A stretch of DNA of 64,000 bases, from positions 49,149-113,148 of the forward strand of contig DATILL010000065.1 of assembly GCA_035476575.1 (NCBI GenBank), read 5' to 3'. The position numbers and the translations under genes are program-made. The notes beneath the pieces are model-generated. The model ran no database searches. It saw nothing but the letters and a program-made list of their open reading frames with translations, and was not told the DNA's origin. Each line of letters begins with the position of its first letter. Position 1 is the stretch's first letter. Below are positions 27,437-42,031 of this stretch, in pieces. Source of the DNA: Mycobacteriales bacterium (GTDB lineage Bacteria > Actinomycetota > Actinomycetes > Mycobacteriales > JACQDL01).

Positions 27437-28731
27437 CCCGCCAGCCGGTGTGGCTGGTCACCGGGGTTCGCCCGTACGGTGAGGCGCCGGTCGACCTGGT
27501 GCTGCGCGGCGGCGTGATCGCCGAGGCCGGGCCGGGCCTGTCCGCGGCCGGCGCGACCGTCCTGGCCGCCGACGGGCTGATCGCCCTGCCCGGCCTGGTC
27601 GACCTGCACACCCACCTGCGCGAGCCCGGCCGGGAGGACGCCGAGACCGTCGAGACCGGCACCCGGGCGGCTGCCCTCGGCGGGTACACGGCCGTGTTCG
27701 CGATGGCCAACACCGAGCCGGTCGCCGACACCGCGGGCGTGGTGGAGCAGGTCTGGCGGCTCGGGCGGCAGGCCGGGCTGGCCGACGTGCAGCCGGTCGG
27801 CGCGGTCACCGTCGGGCTGGCCGGCGCGCGGCTGGCCGAGCTGGGCGCGATGGCCGACTCCGCGGCCCGGGTGCGGGTCTTCTCCGACGACGGGCACTGC
27901 GTGGCCGACCCGGCCCTGATGCGGCGGGCGCTGGAGTACGTCAAGGCGTTCGGCGGGGTGGTCGCCCAGCACGCCGAGGAGCCGCGGCTGACCGAAGGCG
28001 CCCAGCTCAACGAGGGGGTGATGTCCGCCCAGCTCGGCCTGGTCGGCTGGCCGGCCGCGGCGGAGGAGGCGATCATCGCCCGGGACGCGCTGCTGGCTGG
28101 GCACGTCGGCTCCCGGCTGCACGTCTGCCATGTGTCCACCGCCGGCTCGGTGGAGATCCTGCGCTGGGCCAAGGCAAAGGGCGTACGGGTCACCGCCGAG
28201 GTCACCCCGCACCACCTGCTGCTCACCGATGACCTGGCCGCCGGCTACGACCCGGTCTTCAAGGTCAACCCGCCGCTGCGCACCGCCGAGGACGTGGCCG
28301 CGCTGCGCGCCGGGCTGGCCGACGGCACCATCGACTGCGTCGCGACCGACCACGCCCCGCACGCACTGGAGGACAAGGAGACCGAGTGGGGCGCTGCCCG
28401 GCCGGGCATGCTTGGCCTGGAGACGGCGCTGTCGGTGCTGGTCGAGACGATGGTGGAGCCTGGCCTGCTGGGCTGGCGCGGCCTGGCGCAACGGATGAGC
28501 ACGGTGCCGGCTCGGCTCGGCGGTCTCGACGGGCATGGCCACGAGCTGGTCGAGGGGGCGGCGGCAAACCTGGTGCTGCTCGACCCGGCCGCCCGCCGGG
28601 TGGTCGACCCGGCCGGGCTGGCCAGCCGCAGCCGGAACACGCCCTACGCTGGCCGTGAGCTGCCCGCTCGGGTGCTGGCCACGTTCCTGCGTGGCGAGCC
28701 GACGGTCCTCGACGGCAAGGCCCAGAGATGA
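27433..28731 (+). CDS. pyrC: Dihydroorotase
   Basis: The ATGA overlap with pyrB is present. Motifs are [13 protein letters not shown] and ATDHAPH. Confidence 0.9.
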   Translation: MTRQPVWLVTGVRPYGEAPVDLVLRGGVIAEAGPGLSAAGATVLAADGLIALPGLVDLHTHLREPGREDAETVETGTRAAALGGYTAVFAMANTEPVADTAGVVEQVWRLGRQAGLADVQPVGAVTVGLAGARLAELGAMADSAARVRVFSDDGHCVADPALMRRALEYVKAFGGVVAQHAEEPRLTEGAQLNEGVMSAQLGLVGWPAAAEEAIIARDALLAGHVGSRLHVCHVSTAGSVEILRWAKAKGVRVTAEVTPHHLLLTDDLAAGYDPVFKVNPPLRTAEDVAALRAGLADGTIDCVATDHAPHALEDKETEWGAARPGMLGLETALSVLVETMVEPGLLGWRGLAQRMSTVPARLGGLDGHGHELVEGAAANLVLLDPAARRVVDPAGLASRSRNTPYAGRELPARVLATFLRGEPTVLDGKAQR

Positions 28732-28786
28732 CCGGCCCAGAGATGACCGGCCCAGAAGTGACTCGCACGCACGTGACGGAGGCCTG

Positions 28787-29938
28787 ATGGCGCTGCTGGT
28801 GCTGGAAGACGGCCGCACCTTCCGCGGCACGGCGTACGGCGTGGTGGGCGAGACGTTCGGCGAGGCGGTCTTCGCCACCGGCATGACCGGGTACCAGGAG
28901 ACGCTGACCGACCCGTCGTACCACCGGCAGGTGGTGGTGCAGACCGCGCCGCACATCGGCAACACCGGTGTCAACGACGAGGACCCGGAGTCGGCCCGGA
29001 TCTGGGTGGCCGGCTACGTGGTCCGCGACCCGGCCCGCCGGGCGTCGTCCTGGCGGGCGGTCCGGTCGCTGGCGGAGGAGCTTGCCACCTACGGCGTGGT
29101 CGGCATCGCCGGCGTCGACACCCGAGCGCTGACCCGGCACCTGCGCGAGCGCGGCGCGATGCGGGTCGGGCTGGCCAGCGATGCCGAGACGGAGTCCGAC
29201 GCCGCGGCGCTGCGTGAGCGGGTGCTGGCCAGCCCGCCGATGGAGGGTGCCGACCTGACCGGTGAGGTCACCACCGCGGCGCCGTACGTCGTGCCGGCGG
29301 TGGGGCAGCGGCGGCACCGGGTGGCCGCGCTGGACCTCGGCATCAAGGCGATGACACCGCGCCGGATGGCCGAGCGCGGCATCGAGGTGCACGTGCTGCC
29401 GGCGTCGTCCACGGTGGACGACCTGCTCGCGGTTGACCCGGACGGCGTGTTCCTGTCCAACGGCCCGGGCGACCCGGCCACCGCGGGCCGCGCGGTCGGG
29501 CTGACCCGGGCGGTGCTGGACCGGGGCATCCCGCTGTTCGGCATCTGCTTCGGCAACCAGGTGCTCGGCCGGGCGCTCGGCTTCGGCACCTACAAGCTGA
29601 GGTACGGCCACCGCGGCATCAACCAGCCGGTCCAGGACCGCGCCACCGGCCGGGTCGAGGTGACCGCGCACAACCACGGCTTCGCCGTCGACGCGCCGAC
29701 CGGTGGCGGCGGTGTCGGTGGCGGCGGCGGTGTCGGCGGCGACGGCGGCCCCACCGACACGCCGTACGGCCGGGTTGAGGTCAGCCATGTCTGCCTGAAC
29801 GACGGCGTGGTCGAGGGCCTGCGCTGCTTGGACCGGCCGGCGTTCTCGGTCCAGTACCATCCCGAGGCGGCGGCCGGCCCACACGACGCCGCCCACCTGT
29901 TCGACCGCTTCGCCGACCTCATGGCGGCCAGCCGATGA
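28787..29938 (+). CDS. carA: Carbamoyl-phosphate synthase small (glutaminase) subunit
   Basis: The protein starts [14 protein letters not shown]. GATase motifs GICFGNQ and HNHGF are present. A Gly-rich low-complexity insert ([16 protein letters not shown]) lies at about 29702-29750. Confidence 0.9.
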   Translation: MALLVLEDGRTFRGTAYGVVGETFGEAVFATGMTGYQETLTDPSYHRQVVVQTAPHIGNTGVNDEDPESARIWVAGYVVRDPARRASSWRAVRSLAEELATYGVVGIAGVDTRALTRHLRERGAMRVGLASDAETESDAAALRERVLASPPMEGADLTGEVTTAAPYVVPAVGQRRHRVAALDLGIKAMTPRRMAERGIEVHVLPASSTVDDLLAVDPDGVFLSNGPGDPATAGRAVGLTRAVLDRGIPLFGICFGNQVLGRALGFGTYKLRYGHRGINQPVQDRATGRVEVTAHNHGFAVDAPTGGGGVGGGGGVGGDGGPTDTPYGRVEVSHVCLNDGVVEGLRCLDRPAFSVQYHPEAAAGPHDAAHLFDRFADLMAASR

Positions 29939-31162
29939 CCACCCAGACACCCACCCGGCTGCACCAGCTCCGCGTCCGAAACTTCCGGGTCCTGCGCGAC
30001 GTCGAGCTCCGGCTGTCCCCGCTGAGCGTCTTCCTCGGGCCGAACGGCAGCGGGAAGTCCACGCTGCTCGACGTGTTCGCCCTCATCCAGGATGCGGCCA
30101 GCAGCAACCTGGAGGACGCATGGTACCGCGCCGGCCGGATGGCGAACCTGCGAAGTCGCCAGTCCTCCGGACCGGTCGAGATCGACCTCACCTACAGCGA
30201 CGAAGGCACGGCTGGCAGACCGGTCCGCTACCACCTGGCCGTTGACGAGGTCGACGGCGCACCGAGGGTCGCGCGGGAGCTCCTGCAGTGGTTCCACGAC
30301 GGCACCACTCCCGAGCATGTGCTCGACTTCCGTGACGGCAAAGGCATCGCGCGGGACGACGAGACCATGTTGCCTCGGAAAGAGGCTCTCTCGGCCGGCA
30401 GTCTCGCGTTGTCGGTCTTCGGCCAGCAAGACCGCTATGGCAGCGTGCAACGCACCATGCATTCGCTGCGCGACTGGCATGTGTCGCTGTTCAGCGCGGA
30501 GCGAGCGCGGGAGACGGCGACGGCGGGACCACAGCGCCGGCTCGCTTCCGACGGCCGCAACCTGTCGAATGTGCTCCAGCACCTGGCCGAGCGGCACCCT
30601 GACGACCTCCGCGAGATCGTTGCCGCACTGCGTCGGCAGGTTCCGCGGACCGCGGGGACCGACACAGAGGTGCTGCCCGACGACCGGCTGCTCCTCCACC
30701 TCCAGGATGAGCCGTTCGACAGCCCGGTTCTCTCGCGGTTCGTCTCCGAAGGCACCGTGAAGCTGCTGGCCTACCTCATCCTCCTGCACGGCAACCCGCC
30801 GCCCGGACTGCTCGGCATCGAGGAGCCCGACAACCAGCTTCACTCCCGGCTGATCTACGGCCTCGCCGAAGAGATGCGCATCGCGGCGGGCCGCAGCCAG
30901 CTCGTCGTCACCACGCATTCGCCGTACCTGGTCGACGCGTTGCGCCCGGAAGAGCTGTGGACTCTCTACCGCGCTGACGACGGGTACGCACGTGCGGTAC
31001 GGGCGGCGGACGTCCCCCGGCTCATGGCGCAGCTCAGGGCCGGGGGCTCTCTCGGCGACCTGTGGATGGCGGGCTACTTCGACGTCGGCGACCCGCTGAC
31101 GCGGGGTGGGCGACCGCGGGGTCGAGTCGACGGGCTGCGTCGCCTCGTGGGTGAGGAGTCCA

Positions 31163-31170
<8 letters not shown>
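29935..31170 (+). CDS. ABC/SMC-like AAA_21-type ATPase of unknown function, inserted between carA and carB
   Basis: Walker A is GPNGSGKST. An [10 protein letters not shown] segment and a signature-like [14 protein letters not shown] are present. Walker B is [12 protein letters not shown] and the H-loop is [11 protein letters not shown]. The ATG overlaps the carA stop (ATGA), and the 3' end overlaps the carB ATG by 8 nt. Confidence 0.8.
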
Positions 31171-34530
<3,360 letters not shown>

Positions 34531-34531
<1 letters not shown>

Positions 34532-35586
34532 TGCTCTACCGGCGGGTGCTGCGGCCGGCACTGTTCCGGCTCGGCGGCGGGGACGCGGAGACGGCGCACG
34601 AGTGGACGCTGCGCGGGCTGGCCTGGCTGGACCGGCAGCCGACGGCGCTGGCGGCGCTGCGGCGGCGGTACGGCGGTACGGCGCCGCGCACGGTGTTCGG
34701 GGTGCGGTTCGCCAACCCCGTCGGGCTGGCCGCCGGGATGGACAAGGACGGCCGGGCGCTGCGGGCCTGGCCGGCGCTGGGCTTCGGCTTCGTCGAGGTG
34801 GGCACCGTAACGGCCTGGCCGCAGCCGGGCAACCCGCGGCCGCGGGTGTTTCGGCTGCCGGCCAGCGAGGCGGTCATCAACCGGATGGGCTTCAACAACG
34901 CCGGCGCCGCGGCGCTGGCGGACCGGCTCGCGGGGTACGGGCGGCTGCCGGTGCCGCTCGGGATCAGCCTGGGCAAGTCCAGGGTCACCCCGCTGGACCA
35001 AGCGGTGGAGGACTACCTGGGCTCACTGGCCCGGCTCTACCCGTACGGCGACTACTTCGCGGTGAACGTCAGCTCGCCGAACACGCCCGGGCTGCGGGCG
35101 TTGCAGGGCGCCGGCCACCTCGCCGAGCTGCTGGGGGCGCTGCGCGCGCACGGGCCGAAGCCGCTGCTGGTGAAGATCGCGCCGGACCTGGCCGAGCCGG
35201 ACCTGGCCGAGCTGCTCGCAGCCTGCGCGGCGCATGGCGTGGACGGCGTTATCGCGACGAACACGACCACCAGCAGGCCGGGCCGGCTGGGCCTGCTGGC
35301 GGGCGGGCCGGCGAGCGAGGCGGGCGGGCTGTCCGGCCGGCCGCTGCGGGCGCTGGCCCTGGACGTGGTGCGGTTCGTCGCCCGGGAGACGGGCGGCTCG
35401 CTGCCGATCATCGCGGTGGGCGGCATCCTCGACCCGGACGACGCCGCCCGGATGTTCGACGCGGGCGCCAGCCTGGTCCAGCTCTACACCGGCCTGGTGT
35501 ATCGCGGGCCGGGGCTGGTCCGGGCCATCAACCAGTCGGCGGCCAGCCGCCGCCCGTCCCGACGATCATCGACTTTTGGGGGTTAG
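34531..35586 (+). CDS. pyrD: Dihydroorotate dehydrogenase (quinone), class 2
   Basis: [10 protein letters not shown] and IAVGGI motifs are present. The start overlaps the carB stop. The last codons and the stop lie inside hairpin element copy B. Confidence 0.9.
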
Positions 35587-35625
35587 TTGATCTCCAATCA
35601 CCCCAACAACTCGATGATCGACGGG
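35558..35625. repeat. Dispersed hairpin element, copy B
   Basis: CCCGaCGATCATCGAcTTTTGGGGG-TTAGTTGATCTCCAAT-CACCCCAACAAcTCGATGATCGaCGGG. The ends and loop match copy A, but the inner stem differs while remaining complementary. Confidence 0.8.
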
Positions 35626-36465
35626 AGCTTTGGGGCCAGTTTTGGGGCCAGGCTGCTGGGCCGGCTGGCCGAGCGCGGAGCGCTGTGCGTGGGCATCGAC
35701 CCGCATCCCGGCCTGCTGCGCGACTGGGGGCTGGCCGACGACCTTGCCGGGCTAGCGGCGTTCACCCGTACGGCGGTCGACGCGCTGGCCGACCGGGTCG
35801 CCGTGCTCAAGCCCCAGTCGGCCTTCTTCGAACGGCACGGCTCCCGCGGCATCGCCGTGCTGGAGCGGGTCATCGCCGACGCCCGGGCCGCCGGCGCGCT
35901 GGTGCTCCTCGACGCCAAGCGCGGCGACATCGGCAGCACCGTCGCGGCCTACGCCGCTGCCTACCTCGACCCGGCCAGCCCGCTGTGCGCCGACGCGGTG
36001 ACCGCCAGCCCCTACCTCGGCTTCGGCTCGCTGGCGCCCATGGTGGACGCCGCGCTGGCCGGCGGCGGCGGCGTGTTCGTGCTCGCGCTGACCTCCAACC
36101 CAGAGGGCGGCGCGGTGCAGCGGGCTGTCGGCGGCGACGGCCGGACGGTCGCCCAGTCCATGGTGGACGGTGCCGCGGCGGTGAACGCGGGCGCCGACCC
36201 GATCGGCTCGGTCGGCGTGGTGGTCGGCGCGACGGTGGGGGAGCACGGGCTCGACCTGGCCAGGCTGCACGGCCCAGTGCTGGTACCCGGGCTCGGCGCC
36301 CAGGGCGGTACGGCGGCCGACGTGGGCCGGCTGTTCGGCCCGACGGCCCGCGCCGTCGTACCCAGCATGTCGCGGGAGATCCTCCGGCATGGGCCCGACC
36401 CCGCCGCGCTGCGCGCCGCGGCCACCCGGGCCACCGACGAGCTCCGCACCGTGCTGGCCGGCTGA
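35614..36465 (+). CDS. pyrF: Orotidine 5'-phosphate decarboxylase (type 2)
   Basis: The LDAKRGDIGST motif is present. ATG 35614 is preferred over the tracked TTG 35587, which lies in the hairpin loop. Confidence 0.85.
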   Translation: MIDGSFGASFGARLLGRLAERGALCVGIDPHPGLLRDWGLADDLAGLAAFTRTAVDALADRVAVLKPQSAFFERHGSRGIAVLERVIADARAAGALVLLDAKRGDIGSTVAAYAAAYLDPASPLCADAVTASPYLGFGSLAPMVDAALAGGGGVFVLALTSNPEGGAVQRAVGGDGRTVAQSMVDGAAAVNAGADPIGSVGVVVGATVGEHGLDLARLHGPVLVPGLGAQGGTAADVGRLFGPTARAVVPSMSREILRHGPDPAALRAAATRATDELRTVLAG

Positions 36466-36497
36466 CGGCGGCGGGGCTAGCCAGCACAGCGGGCCGC

Positions 36498-37292
36498 TCA
36501 GGCCGCCAGGCTGACCAGCGCCGACCAGCCGAACGCCAGGACGGTGAACGCCACCGCCATGCCGGCCGCCGCCAGCCCGGCCGCGCGCCAGCCCACCCTG
36601 GCCTGCCCGCCCGGCGCCTGCTCCGGTGGCATGACGTGCAGCACCAAGGCGATTCCGCCGCCGTACACCGGCACCGCGTAGCAGAACAGCAGCAGCGCGG
36701 TCAGCCAGTGCTGCTGCCACAGCGCCACCGGCAGCGCGAACCGCTGCGCCGCGACGGAGCCGAGCCCGCCGAGCAGCCAGAAGACGTGCGGCGGGGTTAG
36801 CGCGTAGTGCCGCCAGGCAAACCAGACCGCGACCAGCAGGCCGAGCCACGGGCCCAGCTCACGGGCGACGGTGAGCCGCGGGTCGTCCGGCCCGAACAGC
36901 CCGAACCCGCTCCCGGCGGCCACCGCCAGGGTGACCAGCGGCACCCCGGCCACCAGGTAGGTGACCGGCGCCGGCAGCCGCGGCCAGCGCAGCGCCCGGC
37001 GCAGCGGCTCACGGCGCCGGAGCACGGCGAACCACAGCCCGGCCAGCAGCAGCGGCGAGAGCGCCAGCCGCAGGGGACCGGGCAGCCAGCCGGGCACCCG
37101 ACCGACCCGCCGGTCGTCCAGCCAGAGCACCACCGTGGCCAGCACGAACGCCGTCCAGAACATCCGGTGCGCGATGAGCTGGCCCCTGGTCACCGGCCGG
37201 GTGACCCGCCCAGAGCCGTCGCCGCCGGCGATCGTCGCCAGGATGCCCGGTAACCGCGCCCCCGCCAGCCTTGGCCGCCGCCTGTCGTCCAC
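36498..37292 (-). CDS. Polytopic integral membrane protein, function unknown
   Basis: 264-aa ORF with about seven hydrophobic segments. No motif was recognised. Confidence 0.5.
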   Translation of the reverse strand: MDDRRRPRLAGARLPGILATIAGGDGSGRVTRPVTRGQLIAHRMFWTAFVLATVVLWLDDRRVGRVPGWLPGPLRLALSPLLLAGLWFAVLRRREPLRRALRWPRLPAPVTYLVAGVPLVTLAVAAGSGFGLFGPDDPRLTVARELGPWLGLLVAVWFAWRHYALTPPHVFWLLGGLGSVAAQRFALPVALWQQHWLTALLLFCYAVPVYGGGIALVLHVMPPEQAPGGQARVGWRAAGLAAAGMAVAFTVLAFGWSALVSLAA

Positions 37293-37594
37293 CCGGCCAG
37301 TCTGCCCGATCAGCCTGCCCGATCAGGTCATCCAACTTTTCGCTGTGGACGTTGTGGAGACCCACTGAATCTCACGGTGCGGATGGCCGGTTCCGGGGGG
37401 TCTGGGTGGGATCGCCTCGGTGGCTGGGACCGACGGCGGTCGGGTGACGCCGTGGCGAACCGGTGGGCACGTTGCCGTTGCCTGGCGGACTCGCTAGGTT
37501 CCCCTGCGTGTGGGGTGTTTCGGGCCCTGCCCCGGCCCGTTCGACCTCCGATCCTTCGACCCTCCGTCCCTTCGACCAAGCTGAGGTGACTCGC

Positions 37595-37927
37595 GTGGCG
37601 TTGCCGCCCCTGACGCCAGAGCAGCGAGCCGCTGCACTTGAGAAGGCCGCCGCGGCGCGAAAGGCGCGTGCCGAGCTCAAGGAGCGGCTCAAGCGGAACG
37701 GTACCTCCCTGTCGGACGTGCTCAACGCCGGCGACACCGACGACGTGATCGGCAAGATGCGTGTCTCGGCGGTCCTCGAGGCACTGCCGGGCGTAGGCAA
37801 GGTCCGCGCCGCCAAGATCATGGAGCGGCTCGACATCTCCCCGACCCGGCGGGTGCGCGGCCTCGGCGCCAAGCAGCGCAGCGCCCTGGAGCACGAGTTC
37901 GGGGCCGGTGACCGAGCTGGCGACTGA
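37595..37927 (+). CDS. mihF: Actinobacterial integration host factor (MihF/sIHF)
   Basis: The sequence [54 protein letters not shown] is typical of the family. Synteny with gmk and rpoZ is conserved. Confidence 0.8.
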   Translation: MALPPLTPEQRAAALEKAAAARKARAELKERLKRNGTSLSDVLNAGDTDDVIGKMRVSAVLEALPGVGKVRAAKIMERLDISPTRRVRGLGAKQRSALEHEFGAGDRAGD

Positions 37928-38516
37928 GGCCGGGCCCGGTCAGCGTGGACCGGGCCGGCTGACCGTCCTGTCCGGCCCGTCCGGCGTGGGCAAGGGTACG
38001 GTGATCGCTGCCGTGCGCCGCCGCCATCCCGAGGTGTGGGTGTCGGTGTCGTGCACCACGCGCACGCCCCGGCCCGGCGAGACCGAGGGTGTGCAGTACC
38101 ACTTCGCCGGCCTCGACGAGTTCCACAAGATGGTCGAGCACGGTGAGTTCCTGGAGTGGGCGCGCTATGCCGGCAACCTCTACGGCACGCCCCGCCAGCC
38201 GCTGCTGGACCGGCTGGCCAGCGGGGTGCCCGCGGTGCTGGAGATCGAGCTGCAGGGCGCCCGCCAGGTCAGGCAGGCGATGCCCGAGGCGCAGTTCGTC
38301 TTCCTCGCCCCGCCGTCCTGGACCGAGCTCGAACGCCGCCTGATCGGCCGCGGCACCGAGCCCGTCGACCTACGCTGGGCCCGGTTGGACCAGGCGAAGG
38401 TCGAGCTCTCCGCCGAGTCCGAGTTCGACGTGACGATCGTCAACGACGATGTCGGGCGGGCTGCGGACGGCTTGGTAGAGTTGATCCGTTTCCCCACCCC
38501 ACATCGAGAAGGTTGA
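37908..38516 (+). CDS. gmk: Guanylate kinase
   Basis: [10 protein letters not shown]-loop and TTRTPRPGE motifs are present. Confidence 0.9.
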   Translation: MTELATEAGPGQRGPGRLTVLSGPSGVGKGTVIAAVRRRHPEVWVSVSCTTRTPRPGETEGVQYHFAGLDEFHKMVEHGEFLEWARYAGNLYGTPRQPLLDRLASGVPAVLEIELQGARQVRQAMPEAQFVFLAPPSWTELERRLIGRGTEPVDLRWARLDQAKVELSAESEFDVTIVNDDVGRAADGLVELIRFPTPHREG

Positions 38517-38521
38517 CCCGC

Positions 38522-38785
38522 GTGTCCGGTACCACCGCCACACCTGAGGGAATCACCAACCCACCGATCGACGAGCTGCTGGAGAAGACCACCTCCAAGT
38601 ACGGTCTCGTCATCTACGCCGCCAAGCGGGCCCGCCAGATCAACGCCTACTACAGCCAGCTCGGCGAGGGCCTGCTGGAGTACGTCGGCCCGCTGGTGGA
38701 GACCTCGCCGCAGGAGAAGCCGCTGTCCATCGCGCTGCGCGAGATCAACGAGGGCATGCTGACCTGCGAACCGACCGAGGGCTGA
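38522..38785 (+). CDS. rpoZ: DNA-directed RNA polymerase subunit omega
   Basis: The sequence is [34 protein letters not shown]. The start is GTG 38522. Confidence 0.9.
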   Translation: MSGTTATPEGITNPPIDELLEKTTSKYGLVIYAAKRARQINAYYSQLGEGLLEYVGPLVETSPQEKPLSIALREINEGMLTCEPTEG

Positions 38786-38794
38786 GAGGGGACC

Positions 38795-40015
38795 TTGCCG
38801 CGGGTTCTGCTCGGCGTCGCCGGGGGTGTCGCGGCGTACAAGTCCTGCGAGCTGCTCCGCGCGTTCACCGAGGCCGGGCACGACGTCACGGTGGTGCCCA
38901 CCGAGTCGGCGTTGAGGTTCGTCGGGACGGCGACCTTCGAGGCGCTGTCCGGCCAGCCGGTGGCCACCGACGTGTGGACCGGGGTGCCGCGGGTGCGGCA
39001 CGTCCGGCTCGGCCAGGCCGCGGAGCTGGTCGTGGTCGCGCCGGCCACCGCCGACCTGCTGGCCCGCGCCGCCGCCGGCCGGGCCGACGACCTGCTCACC
39101 GCCTCCCTGCTGGTGGCCCGCTGCCCGGTGCTGATGGCGCCGGCCATGCACACCGAGATGTGGGAGCACCCAGCCACCCAGGCCAACGTCGCGACGCTGC
39201 GCGGGCGCGGTGTGGTCGTGCTAGAGCCCGCGGTGGGCCGGCTGACCGGGCCGGACACCGGCCGGGGCCGGCTGCCCGAGCCGGCGGAGATCTTCGCGGT
39301 GGCCCGGCGGCTGCTGGCCCGGGGCGGTCCGGCCGGGCCCGACCTGGCCGGCCGGCACGTCCTGGTGACCGCCGGCGGCACCCGCGAGTACCTGGACCCG
39401 GTCCGGTTCCTCGGCAACGCCTCCTCGGGCAAGCAGGGCTACGCCTTCGCGGTCACCGCCGCGGCCCGTGGCGCCCGGGTCACCCTGGTTGCGGCCAACA
39501 CCGCGCTGCCCGACCCGGCTGGGGTGGACGTCGTCCGGGTGGTCACCACCGGGGAGCTGCGCGACGCCGTGCTGGCGGCCTCGCCAGCCGCCGCCGCGGT
39601 GGTGATGGCCGCGGCGCCGGCCGACTTCCGGCCCACGGCGTACTCGGCGTACAAGATCAAGAAGACCGACGACGGGGGCGCGCCGGCCATCGAGCTGACC
39701 CGCACCCCGGACATCGCCGCCGAGCTGGGCGGGCGCAAGCCGGCCGGGCAGGTGCTGGTGGCGTTCGCCGCCGAGACCCACGACGCGCTGCCCAACGCGC
39801 GGGCCAAGCTGGCCCGCAAGAAGGCCGACCTGATCGTGGTGAACGACGTCTCGGCGGGCCGCGTGTTCGGATCCGACGAGAGTTCCGCTACGGTGTTGTC
39901 CGCCGATGGCACGGTAGCTGATATTCCGCAATGTCCCAAAGAGGACCTAGCAGACCGGGTCTGGGACGAAGTGGTCAAGATTCTCGGTGACCGGCCGTCG
40001 CTACACTCGGCATAA
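38795..40015 (+). CDS. coaBC: Bifunctional phosphopantothenoylcysteine decarboxylase / phosphopantothenate-cysteine ligase
   Basis: 406-aa ORF. The flavoprotein N-terminus is [19 protein letters not shown], and PATADLLA and NASSGKQG motifs are present. Confidence 0.9.
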   Translation: MPRVLLGVAGGVAAYKSCELLRAFTEAGHDVTVVPTESALRFVGTATFEALSGQPVATDVWTGVPRVRHVRLGQAAELVVVAPATADLLARAAAGRADDLLTASLLVARCPVLMAPAMHTEMWEHPATQANVATLRGRGVVVLEPAVGRLTGPDTGRGRLPEPAEIFAVARRLLARGGPAGPDLAGRHVLVTAGGTREYLDPVRFLGNASSGKQGYAFAVTAAARGARVTLVAANTALPDPAGVDVVRVVTTGELRDAVLAASPAAAAVVMAAAPADFRPTAYSAYKIKKTDDGGAPAIELTRTPDIAAELGGRKPAGQVLVAFAAETHDALPNARAKLARKKADLIVVNDVSAGRVFGSDESSATVLSADGTVADIPQCPKEDLADRVWDEVVKILGDRPSLHSA

Positions 40016-40040
40016 TGCCGCCTCACCCTTCAGGAGAGCC

Positions 40041-41246
40041 GTGTCTCGGCGATTGTTCACCTCCGAGTCCGTGACGGAGGGCCATCCGGACAAGATCGCT
40101 GACCAGATCAGCGACTCGATCCTCGACGCCCTGCTGGCGCAGGACCGCAAGAGCAGGGTCGCCGTCGAAACGCTGATCACCACCGGTCAGGTGCACGTGG
40201 CCGGCGAGGTGACGACGGAGGCCTACGCCGACATCCCGACCATCGTGCGGGACCGTGTCCTGCAGATCGGCTACGACTCGTCCAAGAAGGGCTTCGACGG
40301 CGCGTCCTGTGGCGTCTCGGTGTCGATTGGCTCGCAGTCGCCGGACATCGCCCAGGGGGTGGACGCCGCCTACGAGTCGCGGCTGGCGGGAGCCGCGGCC
40401 GACCCGACCGACGAGATCGCCCGGCAGGGCGCGGGCGACCAGGGCATGATGTTCGGCTTCGCCTGCGACGAGACACCGGAGCTGATGCCGCTTCCGATCG
40501 CGCTGGCGCACCGGCTGGCCCGGCGGCTCTCGGCGGTGCGCAAGGACGGCACCATCCCGTACCTGCGGCCAGACGGCAAGACCCAGGTCACCATCGAGTA
40601 CGTGGACGGCCGGCCGGTCCGGCTGGACACCGTGGTCATCTCCAGCCAGCACGCCGAGGACATCTCGCTGGACACCCTGCTCACCCCGGACGTGGCCGAG
40701 CACGTGGTGGCCCCGGAGCTGGACCAGCTCGGCATCGACTACGCCGGCCACCGGCTGCTGGTCAACCCCACCGGCAAGTTCGTCGTCGGCGGCCCGATGG
40801 GCGACGCCGGGCTGACCGGGCGCAAGATCATCGTGGACACCTACGGCGGGTACGCCCGGCACGGCGGCGGCGCCTTCTCCGGCAAGGACCCGTCCAAGGT
40901 GGACCGTTCGGGGGCGTACGCGATGCGCTGGGTGGCGAAGAACGTCGTCGCCGCCGGGCTGGCCACCAAGTGCGAGATGCAGGTGGCCTACGCGATCGGC
41001 AAGGCCGAGCCGGTGGGCCTGTTCGTGGAGACCTTCGGCACCGAGGCAGCCCCGGTGGACATCATCTCCGCCGCCGTGACCGAGGTGTTCGACCTGCGCC
41101 CGGCCGCCATCATCCGGGATCTGGACCTGCTCCGCCCGGTCTACGCGCAGACCGCGTCGTACGGGCACTTCGGCCGTGAGCTGGCGGACTTCACCTGGGA
41201 GCGCACCGACCGCGCCGACCTGCTGAAGAAGCTCGTCCTCGGCTGA
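40041..41246 (+). CDS. metK: S-adenosylmethionine synthase
   Basis: GTG 40041 follows CAGGAGAG. Motifs are [25 protein letters not shown] and [16 protein letters not shown]. Confidence 0.95.
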   Translation: MSRRLFTSESVTEGHPDKIADQISDSILDALLAQDRKSRVAVETLITTGQVHVAGEVTTEAYADIPTIVRDRVLQIGYDSSKKGFDGASCGVSVSIGSQSPDIAQGVDAAYESRLAGAAADPTDEIARQGAGDQGMMFGFACDETPELMPLPIALAHRLARRLSAVRKDGTIPYLRPDGKTQVTIEYVDGRPVRLDTVVISSQHAEDISLDTLLTPDVAEHVVAPELDQLGIDYAGHRLLVNPTGKFVVGGPMGDAGLTGRKIIVDTYGGYARHGGGAFSGKDPSKVDRSGAYAMRWVAKNVVAAGLATKCEMQVAYAIGKAEPVGLFVETFGTEAAPVDIISAAVTEVFDLRPAAIIRDLDLLRPVYAQTASYGHFGRELADFTWERTDRADLLKKLVLG

Positions 41247-41264
41247 CCGACCCACCGCACGGCT

Positions 41265-41286
41265 CCGCCCGACCCCGGTCGGGCGG
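41265..41286 (+). terminator. Candidate intrinsic terminator hairpin after metK
   Basis: CCGCCCGAC-cccg-GTCGGGCGG forms a perfect 9-bp stem 19 nt after the metK stop, followed by GATT. There is no strong U-tract, which is common in high-GC actinomycetes. Confidence 0.45.
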
Positions 41287-41301
41287 GATTCCGTCGCTGG
41301 T

Positions 41302-41706
41302 CAGCTTGCCCGGGTTGGCCACGATGTACACCGTGTCGATCAGGCCGTCCACGTCGCCACCGGTGGACGCCGCCAGGAACCGTTCGGTGACCCGCGCGCG
41401 GTGGTCGCCCGGTCGGCCGGGTAGCGCGGCGCGCCGCCCCGCACGTGCTCGCGGGCGCGGCTGGCAAGCTGGCGCACCGCGGCCTCAGAGCGGCCGAGCA
41501 GCTCGGCGATCTCCCGGTGCGGGAACCCGAACGCCTCGCGTAGCACGAACACCGCCCGCTCGGCGGGGGACAGGGTCTCCAACACCGCCAGCATCGCCAT
41601 CGAGACGGTCGAGGCGAGCTCCGCCTGGTCGGCCACGTCGGCGGTGGTGAGCAGCGGCTCCGGCAGCCACGGGCCGACGTAGGACTCGCGGCCGGCCTGT
41701 ACCCGG
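41302..41706 (-). pseudogene. Remnant of a SigJ-like ECF sigma factor (sigma-4 region plus fragments of the C-terminal domain)
   Basis: ESYVGPWLPEPLLTTADVADQAEL..LSPAERAVFVLREAFGFPHREIAELLGRSEAAVRQLASRAREHV is followed by a frameshift into VTERFLAASTGGDVDGLIDTV|YIVANPGKL. The N-terminal sigma-2 region is missing, with a stop at about 41707. Confidence 0.65.
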
Positions 41707-41719
41707 CGCAGCCGGCGCG

Positions 41720-41870
41720 CTCAGCCGGCGCGCCCGACCGCCACGAACACGCACAGTGCCAGGATCGCGAGGTTTATCACGCTGTTGCGCGGCTCGCCCA
41801 GCCGGGCGTGCACGACGGACGCCAGCGGCGAGCACACCCTGCGCGATCCACAGTGCGGCGTCCATCCGAA
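41720..41870 (-). pseudogene. Possible DoxX-like membrane protein remnant
   Basis: The fragments MDAALWIAQGVLA and NLAILALCVFVAVGRAG lie in different frames. Most of the gene is absent. The call is weak. Confidence 0.3.
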
Positions 41871-42031
41871 GCCCCTTCCGATCGGGTCTGCCTGTACAAT
41901 AGACGGGCCTGTACACCAGACGGGCCTGGGCGCCGCGGGTGTGACATCGCCGGCCGGGCGGGCCGTGTTGCCGGGCGCGCGGGAGCCGCCGCGCGGGCGG
42001 GCCGTCGTACTCCTCTGGTAGACCACGTGCC

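Noticed and set aside
40016-40040. A SAM riboswitch upstream of metK.
   Set aside because: Only about 25 nt separate coaBC and metK, which is too short for any SAM aptamer.
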